DNA of 64,000 nt from Methylophaga sp. (GTDB taxonomy: Bacteria; Pseudomonadota; Gammaproteobacteria; Nitrosococcales; Methylophagaceae). This document shows positions 9,116 through 19,203 of the stretch, piece by piece. Location: NCBI RefSeq assembly GCF_965655755.1, contig NZ_CBFHHW010000006.1, forward strand, positions 11,031 to 75,030, read 5' to 3'. Under the pieces are notes generated by a model. The model did not search any database, had not been told where the DNA came from, and saw only the letters and a program-made list of their open reading frames with translations. The translations under genes and the position numbers were made by a program. Every line of letters starts with the position of its first letter. Positions within the stretch are counted from its first letter, which is position 1.

Positions 9116-10373
9116 TAATATGCCTCTTAATCAGATTAAGTAGACGGTTACTGGCGCCTTTGCTGTGTTCAATGAGATTTTTACCGGCTTCACCCATTGC
9201 AGCTCTTTTTTGTGGATGACTCAGAAGATCAATCACAGCCTCAGCTAATGTTTCACTGCTATCAATTTGAATTGCGGCTTTCGCTTGAATAAATTGCTGA
9301 CTTATTTCGTTAAAATTAAAATAGTGAGGGCCAATTAAAACGGCTCTGCCTAGTTCTGCAGGTTCCAGCAGGTTATGTCCGCCACTCGGTACTAGGCTTC
9401 CACCCACAAATGCAACATCACTGCTACCGTAAAATAAAGGCAGTTCGCCCATGGTATCGACAACCAGAACCTGAATGGCTTTGGTACACATGCCATTTTC
9501 ACTGCGACGTAAAATTTTGAAGCCCGCACGTTGACTTAGGGCTGCGACGCGATCGAAACGTTCGGGATGTCTTGGCACAATAATTAAGAGCAGATCTGGA
9601 AACTCAGCACGAATTCGACGGGACGCATTGAGAATAATTTCATCCTCACCCTCATGCGTACTGGCAGCAATGAAAACAGGCCGGTTGCCCCAAAGCGAAC
9701 GCATGGCCTCTGCCTGTTCATTAATGCTGGCCGCTAAAGATATTTCAAACTTTAAATTACCTACTGCATGGACTCTGGTCTTATCTGCACCAAGGTTAAT
9801 CAGTCGTTGGCGGTCATCCTGAGATTGCGCGGCAATCAAGCTGAAGTGCTGTAGCATCTGTTTACACAGCTTTGCGATGCGTTGATAGCCTGCCGCAGAC
9901 CGGGCTGATAGACGGGCATTTGCCAGTACTAAAGGAATATTCAGTTTAGCGCTGTGGTGGATAAGGTTTGGCCACAACTCGGTTTCCATAATGATGCCCA
10001 CAGAGGGGTTGGCTGTTTTCAGGAAACGTCTCACGGCAAATGGAAGATCGTACGGCAGGTAGCAATGTAGAACGTCATCACCATACAACTTGCGTACACG
10101 CGCACTGCCTGTGGGTGTCATTGTGGTGATCAGGATCTGATGATCGGAATAATTTTCACGAAGGGAGCTGACTAATGGCCGGGCGGCTTCGACTTCACCA
10201 ACAGACACCGCATGTAACCATATAACGGGTTTATCGGATGAAGGTGCGGGTGTGATACCAAAGCGTTCATCCCAACGTTTGAAATAAGCTGAAGCACGGC
10301 TACCCCGCCAGATCAGACGCAGCAAAATTAATGGAATCACCAGAACAAAAACGATGCTGTAAAGAACTCTCAA
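9105..10373 (-). CDS. waaA: Kdo transferase WaaA/KdtA (TTG start)
   Basis: IWLHAVSVGE, IMETELWPN, ASTHEGE, PRHPERF, GGHNLLEP. Confidence 0.96.
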   Translation of the reverse strand: MRVLYSIVFVLVIPLILLRLIWRGSRASAYFKRWDERFGITPAPSSDKPVIWLHAVSVGEVEAARPLVSSLRENYSDHQILITTMTPTGSARVRKLYGDDVLHCYLPYDLPFAVRRFLKTANPSVGIIMETELWPNLIHHSAKLNIPLVLANARLSARSAAGYQRIAKLCKQMLQHFSLIAAQSQDDRQRLINLGADKTRVHAVGNLKFEISLAASINEQAEAMRSLWGNRPVFIAASTHEGEDEIILNASRRIRAEFPDLLLIIVPRHPERFDRVAALSQRAGFKILRRSENGMCTKAIQVLVVDTMGELPLFYGSSDVAFVGGSLVPSGGHNLLEPAELGRAVLIGPHYFNFNEISQQFIQAKAAIQIDSSETLAEAVIDLLSHPQKRAAMGEAGKNLIEHSKGASNRLLNLIKRHINVG

Positions 10374-10448
10374 AGCAGACTCATTTATAAGCGTAAATTG
10401 AGCAGGAATGATAGCATAGGCGCATCATTGAATACTGAATCCACCTGA

Positions 10449-11366
10449 ATGAAAATTTTCCAGAAACCGTTTTTACATCCCCGCTATTGGCTAAGTTGGT
10501 TTGGCTTACTGCTGATGCGTTTGTCTGTGTATTTACCTGGCAAAGTTCAGTTAGCGATTGGTATGTCATTGGGTGCTTTATTACGTCCTTTTATGAAATC
10601 CCGGGCGAAAATTGCACGGCGTAACCTGCAATTATGTTTTCCAGAATTAACCGATGAAGAGCGTGAAAAATTACTGAATGACTCGCTTCGCACCATGGGG
10701 ATGATGATGATTGAAACCGCGATGAGCTGGTGGGCAAGTGATCGTAACCTGTCAAAGCGGGTACGCTATGAAGGCTTGGAACATCTGGAGCAGGCGAAAG
10801 CCGAAGGAAAAGGTGTGATTTTACTCACCGGGCACTTCACCAGTATGGAGTTGGGAGGGCGTCTAATTATGTTAAAAACGCCTGCTTATGTCATGTTCAG
10901 GCACCTTAAAAATAAACTTTTCAATGCGGTGATGGTGCGCTCACGCACGTTTCATAGTGAAGGCATCGTTATGCGGGAAGATCCGCGTGCTATGTTACGT
11001 GCATTAAAAAAGAATAAAGTGGTTTGGTATGCACCTGATCAGGATTTTGGTAAAAGAACCAGTGTCTTTGCCAGATTTTTTGGTGTGCCGGCAGCCACCA
11101 TTCCAGCAACAGCGCGGATGGTTAAAATGACCGGGGCAAGGATTGTCCCCTTCGTGCCTAGACGCGAGTCAGATGGAAGTTACACGGTCACTATCGGCAA
11201 AGCCTGGGAAGGATACCCAAGCGGAGATGAGTTAGCTGATGCGCAACGCATCAATGACTGGCTGGAACAGGAAATAAGGAAAACCCCGGAACAATATCTA
11301 TGGGTTCATCGCCGTTTCAAAACGCAACCAAACGGCAAGAAAGGCTCCATGTACAAAAACCTTTAA
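10449..11366 (+). CDS. lpxL: Lipid A lauroyl/myristoyl acyltransferase (LpxL/LpxP family)
   Basis: HFTSME (HxxxxE), PDQDFG, PEQYLWVHRRFKT. Confidence 0.93.
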   Translation: MKIFQKPFLHPRYWLSWFGLLLMRLSVYLPGKVQLAIGMSLGALLRPFMKSRAKIARRNLQLCFPELTDEEREKLLNDSLRTMGMMMIETAMSWWASDRNLSKRVRYEGLEHLEQAKAEGKGVILLTGHFTSMELGGRLIMLKTPAYVMFRHLKNKLFNAVMVRSRTFHSEGIVMREDPRAMLRALKKNKVVWYAPDQDFGKRTSVFARFFGVPAATIPATARMVKMTGARIVPFVPRRESDGSYTVTIGKAWEGYPSGDELADAQRINDWLEQEIRKTPEQYLWVHRRFKTQPNGKKGSMYKNL

Positions 11367-11372
11367 ATCCCG

Positions 11373-11858
11373 CTATAGGTCGAAACTGTATGTGAGAATG
11401 ATCGACTCCGAGCCCGGGTTGTCATCTCCTAAATCGGCATTAGACATATGGTATACGCCCAAAGCCAATCGACTAACGTCAGTCAGCCTGTATGCAAGGT
11501 CTAGCCCTGTGCGAAACTCAAGTCCGTGTCCCAGATCCAGTCCCGCGCCATCTTCATAACCGACAACAGAAAAATGAGGTGTCAGAACCCATTTTGTGTT
11601 TATTGCATAATCGTAACGGACTCCGGCGGTTGCCCAATAACTGCCATCATTATTGATTGCTACGCCTAGGGTAGGTCTCAGGTTAAATAGTGACTCAAGC
11701 GGAGCAAAACGGTACTCGATGCCGAGCTCGGCAGCACTCTCATCGCTGTCAAAAGCCTCAAAGGCTCCTGCAGAAAACGCGAAAGAATGGCTGTCATCAG
11801 CATAGACCAGTGGAGATAGGGCAAAAGATAAAAAGCCCATTGCGAGTAAATTTCTCAT
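11373..11858 (-). CDS. Outer-membrane acyloxyacyl hydrolase / PagL-like lipid A deacylase
   Basis: Signal peptide, beta-barrel pattern, EFRTG..HMSNA motif, C-terminal YSFDL; start estimated. Confidence 0.75.
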   Translation of the reverse strand: MRNLLAMGFLSFALSPLVYADDSHSFAFSAGAFEAFDSDESAAELGIEYRFAPLESLFNLRPTLGVAINNDGSYWATAGVRYDYAINTKWVLTPHFSVVGYEDGAGLDLGHGLEFRTGLDLAYRLTDVSRLALGVYHMSNADLGDDNPGSESIILTYSFDL

Positions 11859-11930
11859 TTGCAATTCCATGCACAAAATGTGAGATAACTTTTTATAGCA
11901 TGAAAATTAAAAATCAAACAAGTGCAGCGC

Positions 11931-11962
11931 AAAAAAAAGGCCATCCGTAGATAGCCTTTTTT
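11931..11962 (-). terminator. Intrinsic terminator of rplM-rpsI
   Basis: Minus strand GGCTATC-tacg-GATGGCC followed by 8 T. Confidence 0.8.
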
Positions 11963-11988
11963 AATGACTGCAAAGCAGGTGTCGACAA

Positions 11989-12378
11989 TTAACGTTTTGA
12001 GAATTGTGGACGTTTGCGCGCTTTGTGAAGACCGATTTTCTTACGTTCAACAGCACGAGCATCACGCGTGATAAAGCCTGCTTTACGTAGTTCTGTTTTC
12101 AGTTCGCTATCGTATTCAACCAATGCGCGGCTGATTCCGTGACGAATCGCACCGGCCTGACCATTGTTTCCACCACCGCGAACAGTGATTTTCAGGTCAA
12201 ATTTTTCAAGCATGTCGACCAGCTCTAAAGGCTGACGAACAACCATGCGTGAGGTTTCACGACCGAAATAGTCTTCCAGTGTACGTGTATTAATTGAGAT
12301 GTCACCGCTACCCGGTTTAATGAAAACACGAGCGGTAGAGCTTTTGCGACGACCTGTTGCGTAGTATGAATCTGCCAT
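11989..12378 (-). CDS. rpsI: 30S ribosomal protein S9
   Basis: [35 protein letters not shown]. Confidence 0.99.
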   Translation of the reverse strand: MADSYYATGRRKSSTARVFIKPGSGDISINTRTLEDYFGRETSRMVVRQPLELVDMLEKFDLKITVRGGGNNGQAGAIRHGISRALVEYDSELKTELRKAGFITRDARAVERKKIGLHKARKRPQFSKR

Positions 12379-12390
12379 AACAATATCCGA

Positions 12391-12819
12391 TTAGATTTCC
12401 AGCGCTTTAGGCTGTTGAGCTGTATGAGGGTGTTGTTCGCCAGCGTAAACTTTCAACTTGCTGAACATAGAACGACCTAATGGGTTCTTAGGAAGCATAC
12501 CTTTAACAGCAGACTGGATAACACGCTCAGGTGCTTTAGCAAGTTGCTTTTCCAGTGAGATAGATTTAATACCACCGATGTGACCAGTGTGGTGATAATA
12601 AGTCTTGTCTCTCATTTTGTTGCCAGATACACGCAGTTTCTCTGCATTAATCACAACGATGTAATCACCGGTGTCAACGTGAGGCGTGTAAATAGCTTTA
12701 TGTTTACCACGCAGGCGACGCGCGATTTCAGTTGCCATACGGCCCAGAGTTTTGCCGTTAGCATCAATTACGAACCAGTCACGACGAACTTCTGCTGGTT
12801 TTGCACTTATGGTTTTCAT
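12391..12819 (-). CDS. rplM: 50S ribosomal protein L13
   Basis: [34 protein letters not shown]. Confidence 0.99.
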   Translation of the reverse strand: MKTISAKPAEVRRDWFVIDANGKTLGRMATEIARRLRGKHKAIYTPHVDTGDYIVVINAEKLRVSGNKMRDKTYYHHTGHIGGIKSISLEKQLAKAPERVIQSAVKGMLPKNPLGRSMFSKLKVYAGEQHPHTAQQPKALEI

Positions 12820-12869
12820 CCGCGAGTTGCTCCTGATAATTACGCAGGCGGTCCAAATAAAGAGGAAGA

Positions 12870-12898
12870 ATAGTACGCATAGAATGCGCGACTGTCAA
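12870..12898 (-). promoter_or_regulatory. Sigma70 promoter of rplM-rpsI
   Basis: Minus strand TTGACA-17 nt-TACTAT. Confidence 0.8.
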
Positions 12899-12905
12899 CA
12901 ATAAC

Positions 12906-13703
12906 TTAGATAAACAGCCATAGTAAAAGTCCACCTAATATCAGGCGATAAATAACAAATGGCATCATGCCAATTCGATCCAGCATTTTCAAAAACAGAA
13001 ATATGCACAGATAAGCACTGATACCGGAAAACAGAGCACCAGAAATTAGCGATACCCAGTCAATGTGAGAGGAGGATTGTACGAGTTCAATCGTCTTAAG
13101 TCCACCTGCTAATAAAATTACAGGTATTGAAAGTAGAAAAGAGAAGCGTGCAGCGGCCTCGCGAGTCAGGCCCATCATTAAGCCGGCGGTGATCGTGATG
13201 CCCGAGCGCGAAGTGCCGGGAATCAGAGCGATGGCCTGTGCAACACCTATAAATAAAACGTCATGCCACTGAAGGCTTTGCTCAGTTCGTGTTCTCTTAC
13301 CCTGCCAGTCTGCATAACCGAGTAGTAAACCAAACAGGAGGGTGGTTGTGGCAATGACCAGCGGGCTGCGCAAAGCGGTTTCTATCCAGTCACCTAATAG
13401 CAAGCCAGCTATACCCACCGGAATGGTGCCGAATAAAACAGCCCAGGCAAGGCGACTCTCGCCGATACTTTGCCTTGTTGCTAAAGATTTAAACCAGTCA
13501 GCAGAAATTTTCTTCAAGGTATGACGAAAATAAAATATTACCGCGGTTAGCGTGCCCACATGCACGGCAACATCAAAAGCAAGGCCCTGATCCTGCCAGT
13601 TTGCAATAATAGGCAACAGGATCAGGTGGGCAGAGCTTGATATTGGAAGAAACTCAGTAAGTCCCTGAAGCAGGGCTAAAGCAAGAATCTGAATAAAGTC
13701 CAT
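12906..13703 (-). CDS. uppP: Undecaprenyl-diphosphate phosphatase UppP/BacA
   Basis: QGLTEFLPISSSAH, ALIPGTSRSGITI. Confidence 0.97.
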   Translation of the reverse strand: MDFIQILALALLQGLTEFLPISSSAHLILLPIIANWQDQGLAFDVAVHVGTLTAVIFYFRHTLKKISADWFKSLATRQSIGESRLAWAVLFGTIPVGIAGLLLGDWIETALRSPLVIATTTLLFGLLLGYADWQGKRTRTEQSLQWHDVLFIGVAQAIALIPGTSRSGITITAGLMMGLTREAAARFSFLLSIPVILLAGGLKTIELVQSSSHIDWVSLISGALFSGISAYLCIFLFLKMLDRIGMMPFVIYRLILGGLLLWLFI

Positions 13704-13910
13704 AAGTCGCCGCTGTGTTTTTAAGAAAGTTTTCCATAATAGGGTAGATGCCCAATGCCCGCCACTTTATAACCATCGGATGAGCATTTTTGAGTAAACA
13801 TGATAGCTAAACTCAGAAGGAGGGGAGAATAAAAATAGCAGAATTTAGGTATAATCAGACCACAAGGCGAGAATGCCTCGCTCATCAAAATAATTCACCG
13901 AGTAAAGAAA

Positions 13911-15611
13911 ATGTCTGACGCGAACACTGGCGCCATCATCAATCAATTAGAGTCAATAGTTGGTTCAAAATACACTTTAATCGATACGGCCAAGAAACAA
14001 CCTTATACACAGGGATATCGTTTTGGTTCAGGTGAAGCATTAGCTGTCGTAAAACCGGCTACGTTAATCGAAATATGGCGTGTATTGACTCTCTGTGTAA
14101 ATCACGACCTGGCTATTATCATGCAAGCGGCTAATACCGGGTTAACGGGTGGTTCAACGCCATACGGTAATGATTATGACCGTGATATGGTCATAATCAA
14201 CACCATGCGGCTTGATGATATACAGCTTCTTGATAACGCAAAGCAAATCATAGGCTTTCCAGGAAGCACGTTATTTGGCTTAGAAGAGACGCTGGCACCT
14301 TATGGTCGTGAACCGCATTCTGTGATCGGTTCTTCTTGTATTGGTGCGTCAATCGTCGGTGGTGTTTGTAATAACTCTGGTGGTGCCCTAGTGCAGCGTG
14401 GTCCAGCCTATACAGAGCTAGCTCTGTATGCGGAAGTAAATGCTGATGGAGAGCTGAAGTTAATCAATAACCTGGGAATAGAACTTGGTTCCTCGCCAGA
14501 GCAAATCCTGTCCAATCTTGAAAACAAAAACTATAGCCAGGCAGATATTCAACACACGGATAAATTAGCCTCTGATCAGGATTATCATCAGCGAGTGAGG
14601 GAGGTTGATGCCGACACACCTGCGAGATTTAATAATGATGGCCGACGACTTCATGAGGCTTCTGGTTGCGCTGGCAAATTAGCTGTCTTTGCGGTTCGAC
14701 TGGATACTTATCCTATAGAGAACGAGCAAGTGTTTTACATTGGTAGCAACGATGCTTCTGTTTTTGAAAAAATACGCCGAGACATGTTGTCAACATTCAC
14801 AAATTTACCTGTCTCGGGCGAGTATCTACATCGGGACTGTTACGCAGTCAGCAAAAAATACGGTAAAGATACGTTTTTAGTCATCGAAAAACTGGGATCA
14901 AAATACATTCCTATGATGTTTAACATCAAAAGGACTGTAGACAGGTTTGCCGACAAACTGACTTTCTTGCCAAGCAAAATCTCTGATCGCATTATGCAAG
15001 GCCTTAGCTACCTATGGCCCAATCATTTGCCGAAACGCATGGAGCAGTATCACAAGCAATATCAGCACCACTGGATTGTAGAGATGAGTGGTGAAGGTAT
15101 TGAAGAGGCGAGAGCTTATTTAGAGCAATTTTTTGCTTCAAACGAGGGCAGTTATTTCGAATGTACCCAGGATGAGGGAAAAAAAGCGATATTGCATCGG
15201 TTCGTCGCCGGGGGCGCTATCGGGCGTTACCATATTATGAAACGCAAAGATGTTGGTCCGATGATGACGGTCGATGTGGCTCTTCGACGCAATGAAGAGA
15301 CGTGGTTTGAGGAGTTGCCGCCAGAAATCGATAGTTTAATTGATGCTAAATTTTACTATGGCCATTTATTTTGTCATGTCATGCATCAGAATTATGTACT
15401 CAAGAAAGGTGTTGATGCTAAGCAGCTAAAACAAAAAATATTGACTTCGTTTGATGCGCGAGGGGCTGAGTATCCTGCAGAACATAATGTGGGTCATGAA
15501 TATTCTGCTAAACCGGTACTGAAATCATTCTATAGAGCATTGGATCCTACCAACACTTTTAATCCAGGTATTGGTAAAACCAGTAAACTAAGAAATTGGT
15601 CTGAAAAATAA
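13911..15611 (+). CDS. dld: Quinone-dependent D-lactate dehydrogenase (Dld)
   Basis: MQAANTGLTGGSTP, REPHSVIGSSCIG, GGVCNNSGGAL, YPAEHNVGH. Confidence 0.92.
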   Translation: MSDANTGAIINQLESIVGSKYTLIDTAKKQPYTQGYRFGSGEALAVVKPATLIEIWRVLTLCVNHDLAIIMQAANTGLTGGSTPYGNDYDRDMVIINTMRLDDIQLLDNAKQIIGFPGSTLFGLEETLAPYGREPHSVIGSSCIGASIVGGVCNNSGGALVQRGPAYTELALYAEVNADGELKLINNLGIELGSSPEQILSNLENKNYSQADIQHTDKLASDQDYHQRVREVDADTPARFNNDGRRLHEASGCAGKLAVFAVRLDTYPIENEQVFYIGSNDASVFEKIRRDMLSTFTNLPVSGEYLHRDCYAVSKKYGKDTFLVIEKLGSKYIPMMFNIKRTVDRFADKLTFLPSKISDRIMQGLSYLWPNHLPKRMEQYHKQYQHHWIVEMSGEGIEEARAYLEQFFASNEGSYFECTQDEGKKAILHRFVAGGAIGRYHIMKRKDVGPMMTVDVALRRNEETWFEELPPEIDSLIDAKFYYGHLFCHVMHQNYVLKKGVDAKQLKQKILTSFDARGAEYPAEHNVGHEYSAKPVLKSFYRALDPTNTFNPGIGKTSKLRNWSEK

Positions 15612-15648
15612 AAAAGGCCTGTTTGCTAACACAAACAGGCCTCTCTCT
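15611..15648. terminator. Hairpin terminator between convergent dld and serA
   Basis: A-run then GGCCTGTTTG-ctaaca-CAAACAGGCC. Confidence 0.8.
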
Positions 15649-15665
15649 TGTCAATGCCGCAAACG

Positions 15666-16895
15666 TTAATATAAAACGCGTAAGCGAATGGTTCCTTCAA
15701 CACTGTGAAGATTCTCGAAGGCGAGTTTAGTGTCCAATTTATTAACGTCCAGCATTAAATAACCAATCTCATCTCGCGTCATCATGCTTTGACCAACAAT
15801 ATTGATATTGTGCTTGGCAAATAACTGATTCACATGCGAGAGAACGCCCGGTTGATTATGATGGATATGCAGGATGCGGTGTGTATCAGGTTGCTGTTGC
15901 ATAGCAATTTCAGGGAAGTTGACAGCAGATACAGTGCTACCGTAATTCGCATATTGTATAAATTTCTCAGCGACTTCGAGACCGATATTTATTTGAGCTT
16001 CAACAGTTGAACCACCGATATGGGGTGTCAATATCACATTTGGATGGCCTCTTAGGGGCGAATCTAAGGGTTCCTCATTGGATTTAGGTTCAGACGGAAA
16101 TACGTCAATCGCTGCTCCTGCTAACTTCTTCGTCTCAATGGCTTCAGCCAGATCGTCGATATCGACACAAGAACCGCGGGCCGCATTAATGAAAATTGCC
16201 CCCTCTTTCATTTGTTCAAACTGTGCTTTTTTCATCATGTTCTTGGTTGAATCAACTTCTGGAACATGAAGCGTTACCACGTCCGATTGTCTTAATAACT
16301 CATGCATTGTGCCGACTTGGTTGGCGTTACCCAGAGGCAGTTTAGTAACGACATCATAATAAATAACATTCATACCAAGGCTTTCAGCCAATACCGAAAG
16401 TTGTGAGCCAATACTACCGTAACCGACGATTCCCAACGTTTTACCACGCGCTTCATTAGAAGCTTTGGCTGATTTAGGCCAACTGCCGTTGTGAACAGCA
16501 TGATTTTTTTCGGGAATACCACGTAAAAGTAGAATTAACTGTCCGATGACTAACTCTGCTACAGAGCGTGTATTGGAGTACGGCGCATTGAAAACAGGAA
16601 TGCCTTTAATTTTTGCCGTGTGCAGGTCAACTTGGTTGGTACCGATACAAAAGCAGCCTATCGCCGCCAATCTATCCGCTGCGTCCAGCACTTTTTTTGT
16701 CAGCTGGGTACGCGACCGAACACCAATAAAGCGAACGCCTTTGATTTTTTCGATAAGTGACTCTTCATCAAGGGCATGGGTAATGTATTCGATATTTGTA
16801 TAGCCTGCATTTTCAAGCGTGGTCACTGCGTTTTGGTGAACACCTTCGAGTAAAAGAAAGCGTGCATCAGACTTTTCGTTTGGTTGTAATTCCAT
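15666..16895 (-). CDS. serA: D-3-phosphoglycerate dehydrogenase with ACT domain
   Basis: RSRTQLT, CFCIGTNQVD, GIVGYGSIGSQ, LTPHIGGST, ACT HHNQPGVL. Confidence 0.97.
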   Translation of the reverse strand: MELQPNEKSDARFLLLEGVHQNAVTTLENAGYTNIEYITHALDEESLIEKIKGVRFIGVRSRTQLTKKVLDAADRLAAIGCFCIGTNQVDLHTAKIKGIPVFNAPYSNTRSVAELVIGQLILLLRGIPEKNHAVHNGSWPKSAKASNEARGKTLGIVGYGSIGSQLSVLAESLGMNVIYYDVVTKLPLGNANQVGTMHELLRQSDVVTLHVPEVDSTKNMMKKAQFEQMKEGAIFINAARGSCVDIDDLAEAIETKKLAGAAIDVFPSEPKSNEEPLDSPLRGHPNVILTPHIGGSTVEAQINIGLEVAEKFIQYANYGSTVSAVNFPEIAMQQQPDTHRILHIHHNQPGVLSHVNQLFAKHNINIVGQSMMTRDEIGYLMLDVNKLDTKLAFENLHSVEGTIRLRVLY

Positions 16896-16983
16896 TTGTG
16901 TCTATCTGTTTTGGGTAAAAGGGGAGTTTTGCAAAGCGGAGATAATATCATATCTTCTTATTATCAAACGCATTTATAAGTGT

Positions 16984-17331
16984 TTATTGCTTGAGCGTTA
17001 GCGGCTGCCCGGCATAAACAACACCGGACCAACCTGATTTTATAAATTGACGAATATTTTGGTGATCCTGCCCGTTTGGGTTTGCCAGCACATCATCGCG
17101 GTAGAATTTTCCGAAGCAGGCTAATGTCTGCTGAGGACTTAAGTCATTCAGTTGGCCAAAGGCCAGAATTTTGCATGAACCGTTGTTCTGGCCCGCCTCA
17201 TTATCACAATTACCATTGCTAAATGCAGTGGGTGCGAAGTCATAATGGGCATCAATAACCGCCATAGTGTCATCAAATTCGATGGTCTCTGGTGCACTGG
17301 ATAATTGTGTCAAAAAGTCCTGCAATTGCAT
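16984..17331 (-). CDS. HopJ-family protein (start probably 17331)
   Basis: F.DTMAVIDAHYDFAPTAF.NG, GQNNGSCKI, HQNIRQF...GW.GV. Confidence 0.85.
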   Translation of the reverse strand: MQLQDFLTQLSSAPETIEFDDTMAVIDAHYDFAPTAFSNGNCDNEAGQNNGSCKILAFGQLNDLSPQQTLACFGKFYRDDVLANPNGQDHQNIRQFIKSGWSGVVYAGQPLTLKQ

Positions 17332-17342
17332 GTGTTCTCCGT

Positions 17343-18008
17343 TTATTTGTAGAAATGTGTAAAGGAATCGACTGCTTCGCGCGCTGTCCGGTAATGGTTC
17401 ACTGGGGCGGAAGTGTCTTCGTAACCCAGCGCCATACCGCATAACAAAATGGCGTCATCAGAAATGTTCAAAGCAGGTTTGATAATGTTTGGATACTCCG
17501 CTAAGGCAGCCTGAGGGCAGGTCGCAAGACCGGCATCAGTTGCAGCGAGCATTAACGATTGCAGAAACATACCGAAGTCCATAAACGAGCCCGTTTGCAT
17601 CACACCCTCCATCCAGAACAGCATCATCACCGGCGCATCAAAGGCACGATAGTTAGCTGCCCATTGGGCTTTTTGTGCGGGTCTGTCTTTGCGTTCAATG
17701 CCCAGACTTTGATAAAGCTGCAAGCCACATGCTCGGCGGCGACTCAGATAGGGCTCCTGCCAGGCAGTCGGATAATACTCGTAGTCCGGTGTGTCCGTTT
17801 CACCCTTCTCAAAAGCGGTGACAATTTGCTGTGTCAGATTTGTTTTATGCTCACCTGATAACACGGCCACTTGCCAGGGTTGTGTATTGGCGCCGGATGG
17901 TGCATGCCGAGCGATATCCAGTAATTGCACTACCTGGTCGGAAGTCACGTTTTTATCCAGAAACCGCCTAACGGAATGGCGCTGTATAATAGTCTCACTG
18001 ACATTCAT
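17343..18008 (-). CDS. Nitroreductase family protein
   Basis: RHSVRRF, APSGANTQPW, ATCPQAAL. Confidence 0.9.
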   Translation of the reverse strand: MNVSETIIQRHSVRRFLDKNVTSDQVVQLLDIARHAPSGANTQPWQVAVLSGEHKTNLTQQIVTAFEKGETDTPDYEYYPTAWQEPYLSRRRACGLQLYQSLGIERKDRPAQKAQWAANYRAFDAPVMMLFWMEGVMQTGSFMDFGMFLQSLMLAATDAGLATCPQAALAEYPNIIKPALNISDDAILLCGMALGYEDTSAPVNHYRTAREAVDSFTHFYK

Positions 18009-18391
18009 TTAATTATATTCTCTGATTCTTTAATTCGAGAAATAAACCATAACAGGATCAAACAGATCCCGACCAACATCAGCTGTAACCCGATTCGTCC
18101 CCATAGAACACTGATGGAAATGCCGAAAGTGATGAGGATCAGCAGATAGACCTTTTTTTTCACACTAGGCCGGATTGAGTGATTTTTTTCCCACTGCTTA
18201 AGTGGTGGACCAAACCACTTATGCCGGAGCAGCATAGCGTGAAAACGGGGAGAGTTTTCGGCAAAACAAGCTAATGCCAGTATTAAAAAAGGCGTTGTAG
18301 GTAATAACGGTAACACCATGCCGATCGCACCCAATGCAATGAAGACCCAGCCCAGACTGATAAACGCATACTGTTTGATTTTTTTTTGCAT
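18005..18391 (-). CDS. ybaN: YbaN/DUF454 inner-membrane protein
   Basis: LGAIGMVLPLLPTTPFLILALACF..SPRFH..LL.H.WFGP. Confidence 0.9.
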   Translation of the reverse strand: MQKKIKQYAFISLGWVFIALGAIGMVLPLLPTTPFLILALACFAENSPRFHAMLLRHKWFGPPLKQWEKNHSIRPSVKKKVYLLILITFGISISVLWGRIGLQLMLVGICLILLWFISRIKESENIIK

Positions 18392-18463
18392 CGTTAACGG
18401 GGGGTAATCATCCTGAATTCATCTACACGGGAGCTGCATGGCGAATCAATGGTTTTTGAAGCA

Positions 18464-19030
18464 TTAAGCCCGGGACATAAACTTAGCGGTTGCGGTATTA
18501 ATTTTGATCTTTTCACCATTTTCAATATATTCCGGTACCTGCACTTCGAGACCTGTTGATAATGTAGCAGGTTTAGTTCGGGCTGCGGCAGTTGCGCCTT
18601 TAATGGCTGGTGAGGTTTCGATAATCTCTAAGTTAACCGATGCAGGCAGTTCAATAGCAATAAGTTGCTGCTCCAAAAGAACGGCAACAAGATTATCCAG
18701 TCCTTCGCTGATGAAGCCTAATTCATCTTTAATATCGCCTCCATCAATGACATACTGTTCGAAAGTTTCATTATCCATGAATACATAAGTCTCACCGTCC
18801 TGATAAGAAAATTGAATTAGTTTTCTCTCACAGTCGGCCTCTTTCAGAAAATCTTCGCCTTTGAATGATTCATCGCGTTTTTGTTTGTTCTTGAGATGAT
18901 TGAAGCGGACCTTATATAACGTCGCTGCACCGCGAGATGATGGGTTGCGAATTTCGATATCTCTGACAATGTAGGGTTCATTGACCATTTCAACGACCAT
19001 TCCGCGTTTTAGTTCGCTTGCTTTCGGCAT
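18464..19030 (-). CDS. yeiP: Elongation factor P-like protein EfpL/YeiP
   Basis: MPKASELKRG, loop PSSRGAATLYKVRF, C-terminal TGLEVQVPEYIENGE. Confidence 0.93.
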   Translation of the reverse strand: MPKASELKRGMVVEMVNEPYIVRDIEIRNPSSRGAATLYKVRFNHLKNKQKRDESFKGEDFLKEADCERKLIQFSYQDGETYVFMDNETFEQYVIDGGDIKDELGFISEGLDNLVAVLLEQQLIAIELPASVNLEIIETSPAIKGATAAARTKPATLSTGLEVQVPEYIENGEKIKINTATAKFMSRA

Positions 19031-19203
19031 TTTATGTGCTCTGCAGATAAAATTGCGCATTATACCCAACCTGAAAGTGGTTTAACTGTGCTTGTGGTGA
19101 TATAAAGTTCATATAAGTAATAAAGTCAGACGATCTAACCTTATTTCCATCGGCACTATGACCCTTGGATGAGAGGCGGTCGCAGCGAATGAGGAATTCT
19201 TTA

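Noticed and set aside
16984-17331. HopJ as evidence of a type III secretion system
   Set aside because: The family is widespread in non-pathogens and there are no T3SS genes or chaperones in the window.
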